Shown here piece after piece: positions 42,609-57,200 of a stretch of DNA of 64,000 nucleotides (the stretch's first letter is position 1; every line of letters starts with the position of its first letter). The stretch is from Psammoneis japonica (taxonomy: Eukaryota): contig QPGO01000248.1 of NCBI GenBank assembly GCA_008632985.1, positions 1-64,000 of the forward strand. Reading direction: 5' to 3'. Below the pieces are notes generated by a model that saw only the letters and a list, made by a program, of their open reading frames with translations, ran no database searches and was not told the origin of the DNA. A program made the position numbers and the translations under genes.

Positions 42609-45283
42609 ATGTCACACGAAATTACAATGCCATGTAGCGATGAATCCCACGCGTCGTCATCCTTTGGACAAGCACCATCCAGAGCCTCAGTTCATCCGAC
42701 TCCGCTATCAAGGAAATCCGAGCAACCGAGCCTGATTATCGAAGAGACAACAAACGCACAGAAAGACCCTTTCCCGCGACAGCAAACAGGTAGAGCTCCT
42801 AAAGGACCTGAAATCAATAAAAATTCGATCAGTCAACAAGGAGATGGAAGGATCGATGAGAGTAGTCGAGAGGAAGTTCAACAGATTCACAGTGTTGAGG
42901 AGAATGATCATCATTCGTTTTACAAGCGGAGCAGAAGCAGAGGCACGAGCCATGATCACGATGCGTGGTTTTCTAAAAGTTTTAACGAATCCTTGCTCGA
43001 CGCAGAAGTGTCCATGGAAGTCGACGACGGAGACGCTGTAATTCAATCAGATTCCATGGTAAAATCCCCCTTTTGTCGCCCAGACTCGTCGCCGACGCCC
43101 GATGGGGTGGAGAGTACCAGCGAATCCTCTGTATCAAGCAAGGAATCAGAGTCAAAAGCTCAGACTATCTTTCGTAAGGACGGTCACTCGGGATCTCGAA
43201 TTCAGGACCTAGGGACCAACTCCATGGTGTCTGCTACTCCGTCAACACTAGAGGAGACAACCAATCAAGACGACACTGACAATGGTCTGAGCGTTCCTTT
43301 TACTCGTTTGCGCAGAATACCCTATGTGCACGGAAGCTATTCAACCGCGGCACCCATCATGCTGCATGACACCAAATGGATGCGCATCCTTCGTCGTCTC
43401 ATGCCAGAGTCTCATGCGGACGCCGTAACCATACTTTGTCAGGAGCGAAACGCGAGGAGAAGTCAATTTCCGAATGCTGTAAGAATCATGAAGTACGCGG
43501 AGAATAACCCTGTAGTGGCTGCTTATGGGATTTTAGCAGACACAAAAGTCCCAAGGCAAAGACGATCGTCAAGCGTGTCCTCGAGCTCATCCAGATTTAG
43601 CTGGAGAAAGCGAAGGGCATCTAGTGTAAAACCCTCGAATCCATCACACCGCCCACCAGCGTTGGAGTGGGATGTTTTTCTTGACCCGAACCTTGTTCAG
43701 AAAGTTGAAAGGGCTCTCCAAGCGGCGGACGATGTTGACAAAAATGATATAGAAGGACACATTGCTGCCGAGGTGGAAGTTGACCGACAGGTTGGTCGAT
43801 TGATTAGTCGCATGATGCTTGCACATGGCTCCACGTCGCAGCTCGTGGCGGAGGCGGTTGGCTTTACACCGCGGCACAACTTTGCAAGTGTGGTGGAACA
43901 GGGGGAGTCGCAGCGTTTGCATCGACGAAGCGTCAGATTGGAATCCACAGACAATGCTGCGCCCATGAATCGAGGACTTATTGATGTATGGAAATCAGCA
44001 GAAAGCCAGGGGTTCTCGCTGCCGCTGGCGCACGAACTGGTTACACCGATTGCGCCTGGAAAGGGAAGAGCGAAGGCTGCGGGTATCTTTGTAGAACGAT
44101 GGATGGCTGTCTTTGCTGCGGCACTCCAACTTGGTGTTGAAGGTGATGGGATGAAAGCAACCTCTTGTCTTAATGACTATGGAAAGCTGGTGGAAAATCT
44201 TGAAGAGGAAGTGGAGATTCGTCAGGAACAACCTAGAATGTGTGGCATGTTCCTTTGTCTTGGTTACGAAGATCCTAACTCTGCCAAGGCCGACCATAGC
44301 AAGACGTCAATGGCCGAGAGTGCACAGGAGATTGAAAACATTTTGGGCTCGCCACTGCGACTGGTTCTCGATCTTAAGTCACGCAGAGTGCCGCCAAGAG
44401 TGTGGTCGCGTCTAGTAGACACACTACGTTCCCGTGGGATCGAAGTTGATGGTCTCGGATCGTTTGACATTGATGAGCTTCGCTCTATCGAATCGTTTTC
44501 TCGTGCACCAGTGACTGGCTTGATATTCTTTCATTCTGCAGGGGATCTACAACGAGCGTGTCACGCCGGAGAGGTAAGGAAAAGCAAATGAAGCCATTGA
44601 GCTAAGAACCTTGCGGCACGGTAGTCCGACAATCGATCCCTAAACATTTTCATCACTTTTTCACATTTCAGGTAAAGAGAGGCGATACTGTGTATTTCAA
44701 CGCGGGGTCTCTCATCATGCCGAAACCGAGCATTGTGGCGAAGTTGAACTGTTGTCAGTCGGAGCAATATGTCCTTGATGGCTACATTGAACAGGAAGAG
44801 GCTGTCGTCTTTCAGCCATTTGCCTACCCGCGTGGAGAACTGCCGGGGTTCTTTGACGATTTGACGTGCAAATCGACAGTGGAAGACTATCAGCGGAGGT
44901 TCGATTTGCGCATTGGCGTTTACGTCCAAGAGTTTTCAATTTCTGATCGCATTCTTGATGCGATAGCGAGGTTTGTGAATGACCATCAATCGGTTTACAA
45001 CTTGGGTCTCGCATGGGGCGGAATCAACGGTAAGACATCACCACTTGTCCCTGGTGATGGCTACTGGAACCAACGATACATGGGACGATCGTGGGATCCA
45101 AATGCGGCGCCGTCTGCTGACATGCACTTGCTTCACATTGAGGATCACCACCTCGTCAAGAAGGTTATGGGGGCTGGAGCGTGGGGTAACGTTGGTATGG
45201 TCAATCCTGTCAATGACGTTGGTGGAGATGCGACTGGCGAGGGTGCCTCTCTCAACTTCGAAACTTGCAGAGCCGTCGAATGA
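42609..45283 (+). CDS. Hypothetical protein with a disordered N-terminus and a possible PLC/GDPD-like barrel; intron 44574-44671
   Basis: Long ORF joined in frame by a GTAAGG...TTTCAG intron. LRLVLDLKS...GSFDIDEL is weakly reminiscent of GDPD barrels. Confidence 0.7.
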
Positions 45284-45328
45284 TCACATCTACCTAGTTT
45301 CCTTTAAAGTAAGATTGACTATTCAAGT

Positions 45329-48044
45329 TTACTCTTCATTTATGAGCGCGTCTGCCAGCACTTTCAGCCCAAACACACCTCTTGGCTCGGTATCCAAGTA
45401 TGGGACTCGTGTAAGTGTTGGAGAATTTGACATTGTAGATGAAACGGCTTCTAGCTCGTTGATGGATGCTGCTTGTGTTTCGCCGACTCGTGTTAAGAAT
45501 GCGCTTACGTCGCTGCCATCACTTCCCAAAACTTGATTCACCACTACATTTCGAACCTTGATTGGCATATCGGGTGCCTCAAAGGTCAAATCATTAACGA
45601 GCCTTATGCTCTCTCTGACGGCCAGTTCTGTAGCTACAGTCACGATTACAAATTCCGTTAGCTCTGCGTCGGCAAAAAGATCCTCGAGGTCATACATTTG
45701 TAGCTGAAAAGACAGTAGGGCTGACTTAGAAGCCTCCTGTGCTGTATCCAGCTCTGCCGCTCGAGATGAACTTGAGATGAGCATCTACAGAGGATGCGGA
45801 AAGTGTCACGGTGAGGATATAATTCTTGGCCTAACAAAGGTGTGCATAAAAGCAGCGCAACAAGCTTACCTTCACGGCTGCATTCGAATTAACCTTTTCC
45901 GAAATCACCAAAACTCGATCAATCAGCTCAGCCAAAAAGCCAGGGGTACTCAACATTCGGAGGGTATGCCCCGTCGGTGCTGTGTCGAGTACGATCCTAT
46001 CAAAGCCGCCCTTTCTCACTAGCGAGACAACCTTCGCCAAAGCGACTACCTCATCTGTTCCCGCAGGGAGAGTGTCAAAGACCTCTGCAAGCTCACGCAA
46101 TGTGCTTCCCAGACCTGCTTCTGAGGAGTCATCTGCACTACTGCCGATGAGCTGGTCTACCACACCTTTGAATCTTCCGATAGCTTCAGATGGGTCTACT
46201 TCCATTACCTTCAAAGACCCTTCCGACGGCGGGACGCCAATTAGCGGACATTCCGTCAAGGCTCCAGATAGTTGCATATCGATGGCGTCTCCAAGACTAT
46301 GGGCAGGATCCGTGCTAATGAGCGCAACGTTGTGCCCTGCTGCCGCCATTGACACTGCCAATGCAGAGGATGTCGTAGTTTTGCCAACGCCTCCTTTTCC
46401 GCCACATATAACAACCTTTGGGGTATCGCCACCTGCACATACGAATCATGGATGAGCCCGAAGTGGTCTCTTTCATACGCGCTAACAACAAGGGTCGATA
46501 GTGTCACTTACCACTATCATTCATGAGGTGAGAAAAGTTGGGATTATCAATCAGGACTTCTCTGCCCAAGTATGCCAGGGCAGGAACGCCAACTAGCTCA
46601 ACGTCAAAGAATGGGACCTTCGTCAAGGCGATTGGCCCGGTGTTGCCGTTGCTCTGATACTCGTTACTGGCGCTGACTTTGTCAAGAGTCTCCTGCAGTT
46701 CATTAATCCACCGATTCTGTCCTCCTTTTCGACGCTCGTAGTATTTCATCATGGCTTCAGAGGCTTGATCTGAGTCATCGACACGAATGGTTAGTAAGCA
46801 ATTTCAGTCAGCTCAGCTATGAACACACCAACTGCAAGAAACAACTGAAGAACTCACCACCAGTTTCTCCACCGACGCATTGGTTGATGACAATATCGGT
46901 TATCGCTACACCCTGTGAATCCAAGTTGGTCATGAGACGTTTGCTTTCCGCGACAGACAGCTTTGTAGGAATCGTCACAACCATGAAACTTGTCGAAGTT
47001 GAGTCTTTAAGCCGACTTCGCAATCCCGACATTTTCATTCTAAACTTTTCCAGTCGATCTACAGCGTCATCGATAGCTTTTGTTCGCTGCTTCGCTTCGG
47101 CATCACCAAAGAATGCTTGCAAAGTGGAGGCGAGGCCTGTTGGGGAAAAAAGGTTGAAAAAATGTAATTTAGCAATGGAAAACCAGAGGCCAGATATCAG
47201 ACATGACTTCAGTGACTTCAGACGGGTACTCACCAGAGAGCTTTAATCGGACATCAATCAGTTTCCCCAAAAGTCCATCGAGAAACTTTGGAAGTGCAAG
47301 AAGACGCAATGTGTGACCCGTCGGTGCTGTGTCCACGATAACCACGTCGTAGTTTGACGCCATTGAATTTGGGTCGAGCACGTTCGACAGCGCCACCAAT
47401 TCATCGAGACCTGGTGGCGGATTATTCAAAAGACCACTAAACTCACCAAGCCCAAGACTTTCTAAGAACTCTGACGAAACACCCAATGCATTTGAAAGAC
47501 GCTCCACGTCAAAGGCTAGGAGGTTTTCTCGAAACTCATCCAGAGCAGCAGATGCATCAACCTCACATGCATCTAGTCGGCCTCCAGTTACTGGATCTGT
47601 CATTGGAATCGGTCGTCCATTACTGCCCCGCAAATCTTGATCTAACGCATCTCCAAGAGAGTGAGCAGGGTCCGTAGAAACCACCAAGACCCGCAAATCA
47701 TCCTCTATGGACGAAGCCAACTCCACAGCCAGCGCCGACGACACGGTTGTTTTTCCCACTCCACCTTTTCCTCCAACGAAAATCGTTCGCGGATCCTTCC
47801 CAGAATGCGTTCTAATATCCTCAACTAACTTATTGAGAGAAAACAGTCGACTTGGATTCGATAGCTGTCGCGAGATTCCATTTTTCACACGATTAATTGA
47901 TAGTGGCATTCTAACGCGTGATGAAAGTGCATGTTGTGAATTGAGCAAGCCTGACGTTGACCTTGTGCCCGGAAGAGCCACGTTGAACGCATCCGTCATA
48001 CAAAGAAGTGAAAGTAAAGCAAGTCCCAGTCGCATGGTAATCAT
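45329..48044 (-). CDS. Tandem two-domain ArsA/GET3-family ATPase, plastid-targeted, multi-exon
   Basis: Two sets of GGKGGVGKTT, STDPAHSLGD and DTAPTGHTLR motifs. Signal peptide MRLGLALLSLLCMTDA-F. Several GT-AG introns (e.g. 47137-47233). Confidence 0.9.
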
Positions 48045-48259
48045 TTTCTGTTGTAACACAGTCAGGACTCCGGGGTTTATGACACCATCATCGATCATCG
48101 TCCAGTCGTCGAATAGATCTTCGATCTTCGACTTCCGCGACCACGCACGAGTGACACGAGGCAGTCAGTCCGAGGTTTGATGAAGGCCAGACCGTCAAAG
48201 CAAATTTGACAAAATCAGACGCAGAAAAAAGAAAATGGCAAAATTACGTCTGCCTTTGT

Positions 48260-51200
48260 CCGAAACAACTGTCGTCACGGATGACGGAAGGAGGACGGAC
48301 AAGCCGAGCGGATCGGCACCGCGCACCTGCAGTTGTGTTGAAGAGTTGCACAGGAGCCTCTCATTCTTCGTTTTGGTCAAGAGGGGAAGAAGCATCAGGG
48401 GCAAAGTTGGGGCTCAACGTCGGTGGTGGCAGCACCAATGCCATGGGTGCCGATGAGATGCATGGTTGTTGGGTGCTGGTGGGCACCATGCACAGGAATC
48501 ACCAGCATCATTGTGCACAAGCAAGCTGAAAATGAGTGGCTGAAGTTGGCTGGTTTTTTTGTGGAGCACCACTGGATCTTTTTGCAATGCCATTTCATGC
48601 CTTTCCCAATCTTGTTGCCTTTGCTCTGCTCTCATTTCTCCCTTCCATGTTGTCAGGCAGTGATTGACCGCTCTCTCCCTCGCCGTTTTCGGCGCCATGT
48701 CAAACCGAACGGCCCACCTGGCCTGTTCCAGCTCCAGGTGATGCACAGAGGCACAAAATCCATTGGAGGTGTGTCTGTCATGGGGGTCTTTTTCTGTGTC
48801 ACCATGCCGAGAGAAACACGCAGATTCTGCAGAGGCCTCGAGGCGATGCAAAGTGCAGACTCAAGGCAGCCAGGAGAATCGAAGGCAACACACAAAAGAC
48901 TCTCACAATGTTGCTGCACTTTGTTTTTGGAGCATTTGAAACTTGGTTTGGCAAAGTTGAAAGAATTGTGGTGTTGCCGTGTTGTTGCAGGCCAAAACAT
49001 GAAAAATGATTTGCTGTGTGATTTGGGGGTGCACCCATGTTGTGCAGCAACATTCAATCTGCCGCAAGATCAACGTTTGTGCCTTTTTTCAATGGCAGGA
49101 AGCAGATCATTGAGGATGATGGAGAGGGTGAACAATGCAAGGACCATGTCACACTGAATGTGGCACTCACGAAAAAGAGCCAAGATGAAGAGGAGCAGCT
49201 GTGAGGATTTTGAAATGGCCCAAAAGAGATTGGAAAGCAAAGCAGTGGCCACTGGAGTGCACCACTGTCAAAGTGACCAGTGCTTTTGATTGGGATCTTG
49301 TGGCTCTTGGTCTGATTGATTGATTTGCCAAGGGCCCAAAGAACAAACTCACTGCAAGAGAGTGCAAAGACTCTGAAAAGCATGCCACATGCTTTCTTTT
49401 TGAGCGCCGCTTGTCATGAATTTGATGACAAGCCTGACATCTCTGATGGCAAGAACAAACAACACCAGCATTCTCAAATCATTGAATGTTGACAGTCTTG
49501 CATGTTGAAAGCAAAATGGCCAAACAAACCAAGATCTTTCTGGAGAACCATGATGTGCTTCATTGTTTCACAAGGCCTTTCATGCGATGAAGGTCAAAAA
49601 ATCATCAGAAAAAAGAAAAAAATGGCCTCATGAGTCACCAGACACAATGCCCACAATGGCAGCATTGGGTTGGGTGGCAGGAAGCCGGAAAAAGAGAAAC
49701 ACATCACAGTGTGCAGTGCCAGAAGCAGGTGTGATGCATTGCAAGAAGAGAAACAGTTGCTCATTGCCAACAAGGCACAAGGCTCCATCAAGACATTGAT
49801 GTTCATCTTGTCTTGAAGAAACAATCCATCCAAGTGACACTTTTTGTTCTTGAACATCCTCCTCAAATCTTGCTCAAATGACCATTGTTCTCCATGACTT
49901 GAGAGCTGAACAACACTCATTGCTTGCATCTTGTGAAAGATGCAAGCATGAGTGTTTGACAAGAACAAATGCCATTCGCATGATGTGTGTGTGCAGAAAT
50001 CAAAGTGGCTTGCAGATGCACTGCAATGGATTGTCTGGAAAAGGTTGTGGTTTCAAACAGCACAAATCAGAGGAAACCACCAGCACTGCAACGATGCAAC
50101 CAGGATTGAAGAATCTGCCATGGGGATTGCCGGAAAATGATGAGAAGGCCTGGTGCATTTGGTTTGTGTGTTGTGTGCTTGTTGCATCTCTGGCAGAATG
50201 CCACCCATCATTGCCTTGGATGCTTCATCATCAAGGTTGATGTGACCCCAGTGCAGAAGAGCTGTCATGATTGCGATCTGGCGTGTTCATGTGTTTTTCC
50301 AGGCCAAAATGCAAGAAATGGTGCATTCATGCCATGTGTTTGTTGTTTGTGCATTTGTGTGTTCATTGTGGTGCCAGCTGAAACACACTTGCTGTTGATC
50401 TTCCTCAATGCTTTGCAACCAAGGTCAGCTGGGGACAGCACTGTTTGATGTTGACCAACATGCTGCCCGTGTGATGGCTTGACACCATGTGAGCTGCAGA
50501 GTTGAAAAGAAGCACCTCTGCTTTTTGCAATTGCCCAATGTTTCCAGGCCAAAATGTGAGATGCAGCAGGTTCATGCAGCTCTCATGCCATGAATTTGCT
50601 GCCTTGTTTGTGGCAAGCACAGGCTCTGGTGTTGTGTTGTTTGGACAGCACCTCTGACATTTTGCGCAGCACTTGCAGCAGAGGAACAAAGACAGTGGGC
50701 TTTGTGGCAGCAACAGATTTTTTGAAACTGCACTTGAGTGGAGCTGGAGTGGATGCACGTTGTTTAAGGAAACTCACAAAAACTGGTTTGAAGTCTCCTT
50801 TCATCAGGAATTGGGCATGTTTGATTTCTTCCCTTGCTTTGTTGTGCTCCCATTTGGACTTCATCAGTGTCATCACCTTTGGAAATGCAGTGACACCATC
50901 TGACTTTCATTTGTGCTTGATGTTTGAGGCCTCCCAGTTGGTTTGCTTTGGTTTCGAGTTCAAGGATTTTGCCCAACGCTTGAAAAGAGACAATCTTCCT
51001 TGGTGCCACATGGCAAAGGCAGTGTGAGAACACTTTGTTTTGAAGCCATGTGAGTCAACAATTGCATCATGCCCACCTTTGGCACAGTGGAGAAAAGCTC
51101 ACATGCTGTTTCTCTGCAGTGCATTTGCCAATGCAAACCACCCAGTCCCTTTGAGTGGTTTAAACTCAGATGGATTCTTGGACTTGTGGGTGGGTGAGAC

Positions 51201-54200
51201 TGCCACGTCAAAGATGCATTGCACCAACCACTGCAACTGATCAACATGATGAAGGTGAGGGTGCCACACCATGTCTGGCTCACTGCACTGCCACACCCTT
51301 GTGCCAACATTGCACTGGAAGGTTCAAAGCACCATCAGACAACATGTGCTGTCTCAACGCTTGTTGCCTGAGCAACAACAAGGGTTCCTTGGCATTGCAG
51401 CCAGAGTTGCAGGCCCTCTCTGTCCACCCCTCCATTGTCACATGGTGGCACACCATCAACTGGCTTGAGCCATCCTCTCTCAGCCTTGAGAGCAAATGTC
51501 TTGAACCAACTCTTGATGTCTTCATTGCAGCATGGCTTGGGTGCTTCACTCTCATGCAAAAGATTGTGAGCATTGTGGATCCTTGTCTGAAAAGCCAAAG
51601 GGAACCTTCCAAATGGACAAGCACACCTCTTCAATCTCAACTGTAACTTTGCCTTTCTCCACCAGTTTGCTGCCAAACTGTGTCATTTTGCCTGGCCCCT
51701 TGCAGTTGCCCACATGATCCACCATGCTGCGTGCTGCCACTGTGCCTTTTGGACTTCATGACCTCCACATTGCATCCTGGCTTCATGAGCTCTGGTGAAG
51801 GTGGTGCACGCAAACCACCAAGCTTTGCTTGGACCCATTGAAGCAGCTCAATTGCAAGCAATCTGTGAAAACATGCATCCATTGCAGCAGCCCACCGCAG
51901 CAGCTCATCGTCTGTGGCTCCGGATGTGGATGCTCTTCAACAATCTGTGCTCTGACCATGCTCCTTGTCACCCAATGTGATGTTAAAAATGCCACTCTGC
52001 AAGTGCTTTGACACTTGCAGAGCTGTTGTCACATGTTGTTGCTAGATGGCCGGTTTCCAGGTGATGACTGATTGATGTGCTGTGCCCCTTCAGCAGCTGG
52101 CCCAGGTCTCCTCCAACCTGTCAGCCAAAAGGGATCAGCTTCTTACACTCAAGAATCTTTTGAAGCCACTCTGGGACCCCTCCCATGGCATGAATGCCAT
52201 GTGCAACTGGCATGTGAAGCCTTGAAAGGATGTCTGAAGAAGATCCACTCCTTCTTCAACTGTCAGGCCTCTTGTCCATTCTGTGTCTTGCCCATGGCAC
52301 TTCCCATGCTTGTCATCACCAAGCCACATGATGGCTTCCCAGTTTTCTCTGTGACAGGCATTTGCATCATCCTTGCTTCTAAAACAAAGAAATGAATCTC
52401 CAGGCATGCTCTCAGCAGTGGCAGCTGAGTTTTTGGTTGACATTCTTTGATGCCATGTGGAAGCTCTGCCGATGTAAAAATTTGCATTCAGTGGAATGAA
52501 GAGGTTGCTGCAGAACCAAAATGGGACATGTCATAAACTGAACACACCTTTGAATGCTCTCTGAAACATTTTCTCATTGGCCTTTGGGTTGTCAGTGTCA
52601 ACTCGGGCCAATGGAAGCATGCCTCCAGCTGCTCAAGCTTCTTGGATCCACTTTGGACTCTGCTCAAAAGAACACTGCATGTGTTCCTCATGCACCTCTT
52701 CCACAAAGACAGAAAAGCTTTGAGAAACCTTGCCACTTGAAAGCCAAATGCCGTTGCAGTCTCCTGGCTCCCCGAAGGCTGAGCATGGAACAACCGGCTG
52801 GCTGATGCACCCAACAACTTTGCAGGGGTCGTCCCAATCCAATGATGTTTGGCAGCAGCTGACTTGTTGCAATGTGTGGTCCAGGGAGCACAGCTCATTA
52901 ACCACACTCAAAAAAGCACCAGCAAACATTGAATGATTGGCAAGATTGGCACAACAACAAGCCATGGATGTGGCCATGCCAAGACCACAACAACAGGACA
53001 CAAAATCATGCCATTTTTTGCCACTTCTGTTGGCAGCATTGACAAGCATTTTGGATCAACAGCAGCAAAGGATTTTGAACTGTGACCATCATTGTCAACA
53101 CCAGAGCATGTTGAGTTGAGACAATCAATGCAGTGGTGGAGAACCCATGCTGTTCTTTTCTGTTCAAGGTGAGGTCACCAACAAAGCCCTTTGCTCTTGG
53201 TGCTGTCACTGCTGCAACATGGACAAGCAGGCTTTTTTCCAACATGGCCTGGGAACATTGCATGTGGTGTCCAAATGTGCACCCAACAATTCCCCAGATG
53301 CCAGTTGTCAGGTTTTGGGGACACACCAAATCCTTTGCTCAATGGATCACATGGCGGAGGGATCCACTTGCACCCATCTTTCAGCATGGAGACATCATCT
53401 TTCCTTCTTTGGCACTGACTTTCCTCTGGAGTTTTTTCAAGGTGTGTGTGCAACAGAGTGTTGGGTGGAGGCATGCATGAGTCATGATGGCCAGTCACTG
53501 GTGTCACAGATGTCTTGGAAGCAAACCGGCATGTGTCATTGTTGCACTCAGCATCAAAGGGATCATGCTCCCCAGAAAATCCAGAAGCCACACCTGCATG
53601 ACCCAACAAGGATGGACTCTCCTCCTTTGCTCCTGCCATGCCACATCTGTTGGAGGGGTGCTCAAGTGCTGCTTTGATGGCAGGTGTGGTGGCTGCTGGT
53701 GCTTTGGCATGCTTCTCTCAAATTTGCTCCTCAGTGAGAGGCATCTTTCTGGTGCGCCATTGTGCCCTCTCAAACAAATGAGAAAAGCTGCAGATTCTTT
53801 CTTGTTCTTGACATCTGACTTTTGTTGTTGGAAAGACACTGAGTGCCTGTTGCCACCGGCTTTGTTGTTTGCCTTGTTCTTGATGCCTCATGGTTGGCCC
53901 GCTGTCTTCTTTGTGCAGTGTGTGCTGCTTTGGTGTCTTGGGCACATTCCCACCCTGACAATTTTGACTTGGCCACATGAAACAAATGCAATTTGGCCAA
54001 ATTTGTGCATTTATGGGCATCAGGCTGGGAATGAATTTGAACAGGAAAAAAGATCAAAATCCAACATCGAGCTTGGTGGGGACACTGCCACAGAGCTGCT
54101 CTAGAGACGCCATGCTGGACAACACATGTGGTGAGATCACGAACCTTGTTGGCGACAAATGTTGTCCATTTTGTGATGGCTCTACACTCAAGACTCATGA

Positions 54201-57200
54201 TGAAACCAGTGAAGGTCAGAAGAAAAGCATCCAATCCACTGGCAAGAGGTGCAGAGAGAGCAGAAAGATTGACAATCACGCGCAGCACGACTGCAGCATG
54301 CATCAATGCTAAAATGAAATTTCCACAGCATGCAAGGTTCTAAAAAGCACTCTGGACTTAACTGTTGCGGCTCAGCAATGGCCCAAATTCATTTTAAAGA
54401 GCAAAGAAATACAGAGCAAGTGGCAGAGAAGGGCTGCAGACAATGGAGCACAGAGCAAGGCACTGCAAGGCACATTGCCGACACTGTTGTGCAAAACATT
54501 GCATGATGGATTGCGCATCACCTGGGGCTGGAACAGGCCACCCACCCACCCTTCCCAATGGTTCTCATGGCATGTGACTGCAACCATGTCATGGCAGAGG
54601 AGGTGCATGAAGGATTTTGGATTCCTTTCAGATGTCTTGATTGGGCAGCTCTTGTGCCCACTTTGGTGAAAGCAAGCTTGTCGCCAGTGCCACGTGAGTG
54701 ACTGTGCGTGCATGACACCAAGTGAACAGCACCAAAGCGGTGTGAACTGCTGTCATCACAGATGATGGAAAGAGGGTGGACAAGCTGAGTGGGTTGGCAC
54801 CTGCAGTTGTCTGCCACATGGAGCAAATGATGCCTCTCATTCTTCATTTTGGTTGAGAAGGCAAAGAATCAGGGGCAAAGTTGGGGCTCAACATTGGCAG
54901 CAGCACCAATGCCACAGATGCCAATGCATGGCTGGGTGCCATGCACAGGAATCCTCAGCATTGTTGTGCACAAGCACACTAAAAATGACCCGCCCACCCA
55001 TGCCCCAACAAAGGATTCCAGATCCCTCTTGGATGTCTTGATTGGTTGGGCGGTTGTGCCAGCTTTGGCAAGAGCAAGCTTGCTGCCAATGCCATTGAGC
55101 GGCCACACACATGTGACATCAATTGACCAAAGTGGTGCAAACCAGGTGAGTCAGCAGGTCAAGTCAAATGTGCCAACAATGCATTGCCACCCTTGCTCAC
55201 AGTGCTCAACCCCACCACTTCAAACTTTTGTGCTCCCAATGACTTTTTGCTTCTGCAGAGCTGGTGCATTGCTGCGTGGTCTCCTCCTCATCATCATCTT
55301 GCACAGAGCTTTGTTGCAGTGTCATGCTGCAGCTGCTTCTAACATGAAAATGTCAAGACAAGCTGGTGGCTGGCAAAAATGCTGGCTGCACTCCCTTCAG
55401 CTGTGACTGAGCATGCAAGAGCCAGCTCCACTCATCATGCAACACACACCACTTGTCCTGCCTTTTGGCACTGCTGCTCCAGCTCCCCTGCTTGTCAACA
55501 AGCTACCCACATTTCCAGAGACATGCACACTGCTCAAAGAGCTGGCACATGAAAGCAAGCAAGGGCTGCTCCCAGCTTTGACTGGATTGTGTCACATTTC
55601 TGCACTGGCTCTGTGCCCTGTCTCTGCGCCAGAATTTCTTGTTGCTTTTTTGGCTGCCAGCCAGCCAACATAAAAGGCAGCACAAAAAAGCCCATGTGAA
55701 GATGCACACATGACAGAGTGCCAGCATGGTGCATGGAAAGAAAATGGCTGATGCCACCCAGAGAATGAGCTTCTGCAGCAGCTCTGCCACATGATCTCTG
55801 CAACAGAATGTCTGTGATCTTTTTTTTGTGCTGTCAGTCAACACAAGGTGGCACAAAAGCCCATGCTGTGACACACAACACCATGTCACCATGACATGTG
55901 GCAAAGAAATGAAATGGCTGATGTCATCCAGAGAACAAGCTTGGTTGAAAGAGAACACTTTCATCTTTGCAGAACTTGCTGACAACACTGCTGGTGCACC
56001 TCACACCACTCTGCTTCTCTTCCATGAAAAAAAAAACAACTTCTCAAAAGAAGACAACATGTTCTTCTGCTGTGTTGGGAACTGCAGCCAGGCACAACAC
56101 ATGACACAAATGGACACATCCAAGAGCAAAAGCTTCTGTGGCGCCTTTGTGACCAACCCTGCCAATCTGCTCATCTGGCACAAATGGCAAGCTGCCCGGA
56201 GTTGAAGGGAGTGATGACATCTGCAACTTCTTTGCAAAACTGGGCCACCCGTCATGACTTTCCCTCTTGCCATGTCCACAGCATGCTCATGCAGGGAAGT
56301 GGGAGCTGGTGAGACACAACTCAAGAAGTGCTGAAAGGCCAAAAGGTGCAGAGGAAGTGACCAAATCTTTTCCCATTGGGCACACGTGAAAAGTGAACAA
56401 ATGTTTTGCTGTCATGTCACCCTGCCTGATGTTGTGACTCTGCTCATTTCTCTCCTCAAAATGAGGGTGGCTGCAGATTTTAAAGCCAAAGAAGTTCTGA
56501 GCAAGAAGAAGTGGATGAGATCTGAAATCACACCGCTGCGAAGAGTTTGGTTGGTCTTGACAAAGCAGAGAAACTGCCGTGTCCAAACATCTGTTGATCA
56601 GCAAATGCTTTGCAGGTGAGCTGAATGTGGTGTTTTCCAACATGTGTTCTCCTTTGTGCACTTGTTTGTGGAGTTAGGCTCTCCACAAAAATTTCATTTT
56701 CTGCAGCACAGAGTTGGTGTCATTGCCTGAAGGCAGGCCTGCCCATTTGATGGACTTCTCTGCTGGCTTTTCCTGGCCCTCAAGCCAGAAATTTTGCTGC
56801 AATGGCAACCTTTTGCCCACTGGCCTTGAATTTTGAACTTCTCAATCTCTCTCACCAAGTGAGACAGTTCCTCACTCTCCTGGATGTCAAGTTCATTGTC
56901 TCTAGAGAGGATGACTCCCAACCCAAGTTTTAAGAGACAAAATCCACTGGCTGTGCCAACTTAGATGCTGATCTGTGCTCTCTTTTTGAAAGGGAACAAG
57001 AGCTCCCTCTCTCCTGTTCACAATCTGGAGAATGCACTTTGCTGCCACGGGAGCCTCAGTGCAGTGAAATGATGTTCTTCCTGGATTTTGTGACATTTCT
57101 CCCTTTTCTGCATCATGTTGCATGCATGCAGCTGAAGGTGCTGAAAGCAATTTCATCATTTTCCACATGGCAAACAACATCCAGAGACATTGCTTTGGCA

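Noticed and set aside
48396..48420. CAGGGGCAAAG as a hAT-like terminal inverted repeat
   Set aside because: Similarity to the 54750-54990 copy extends well upstream of it, the copies are direct, and no inverted partner was found.
48400..51000. Possible Crypton-like recombinase remnant on the minus strand
   Set aside because: Only a vague resemblance in decayed frames; cannot be supported without a profile search.
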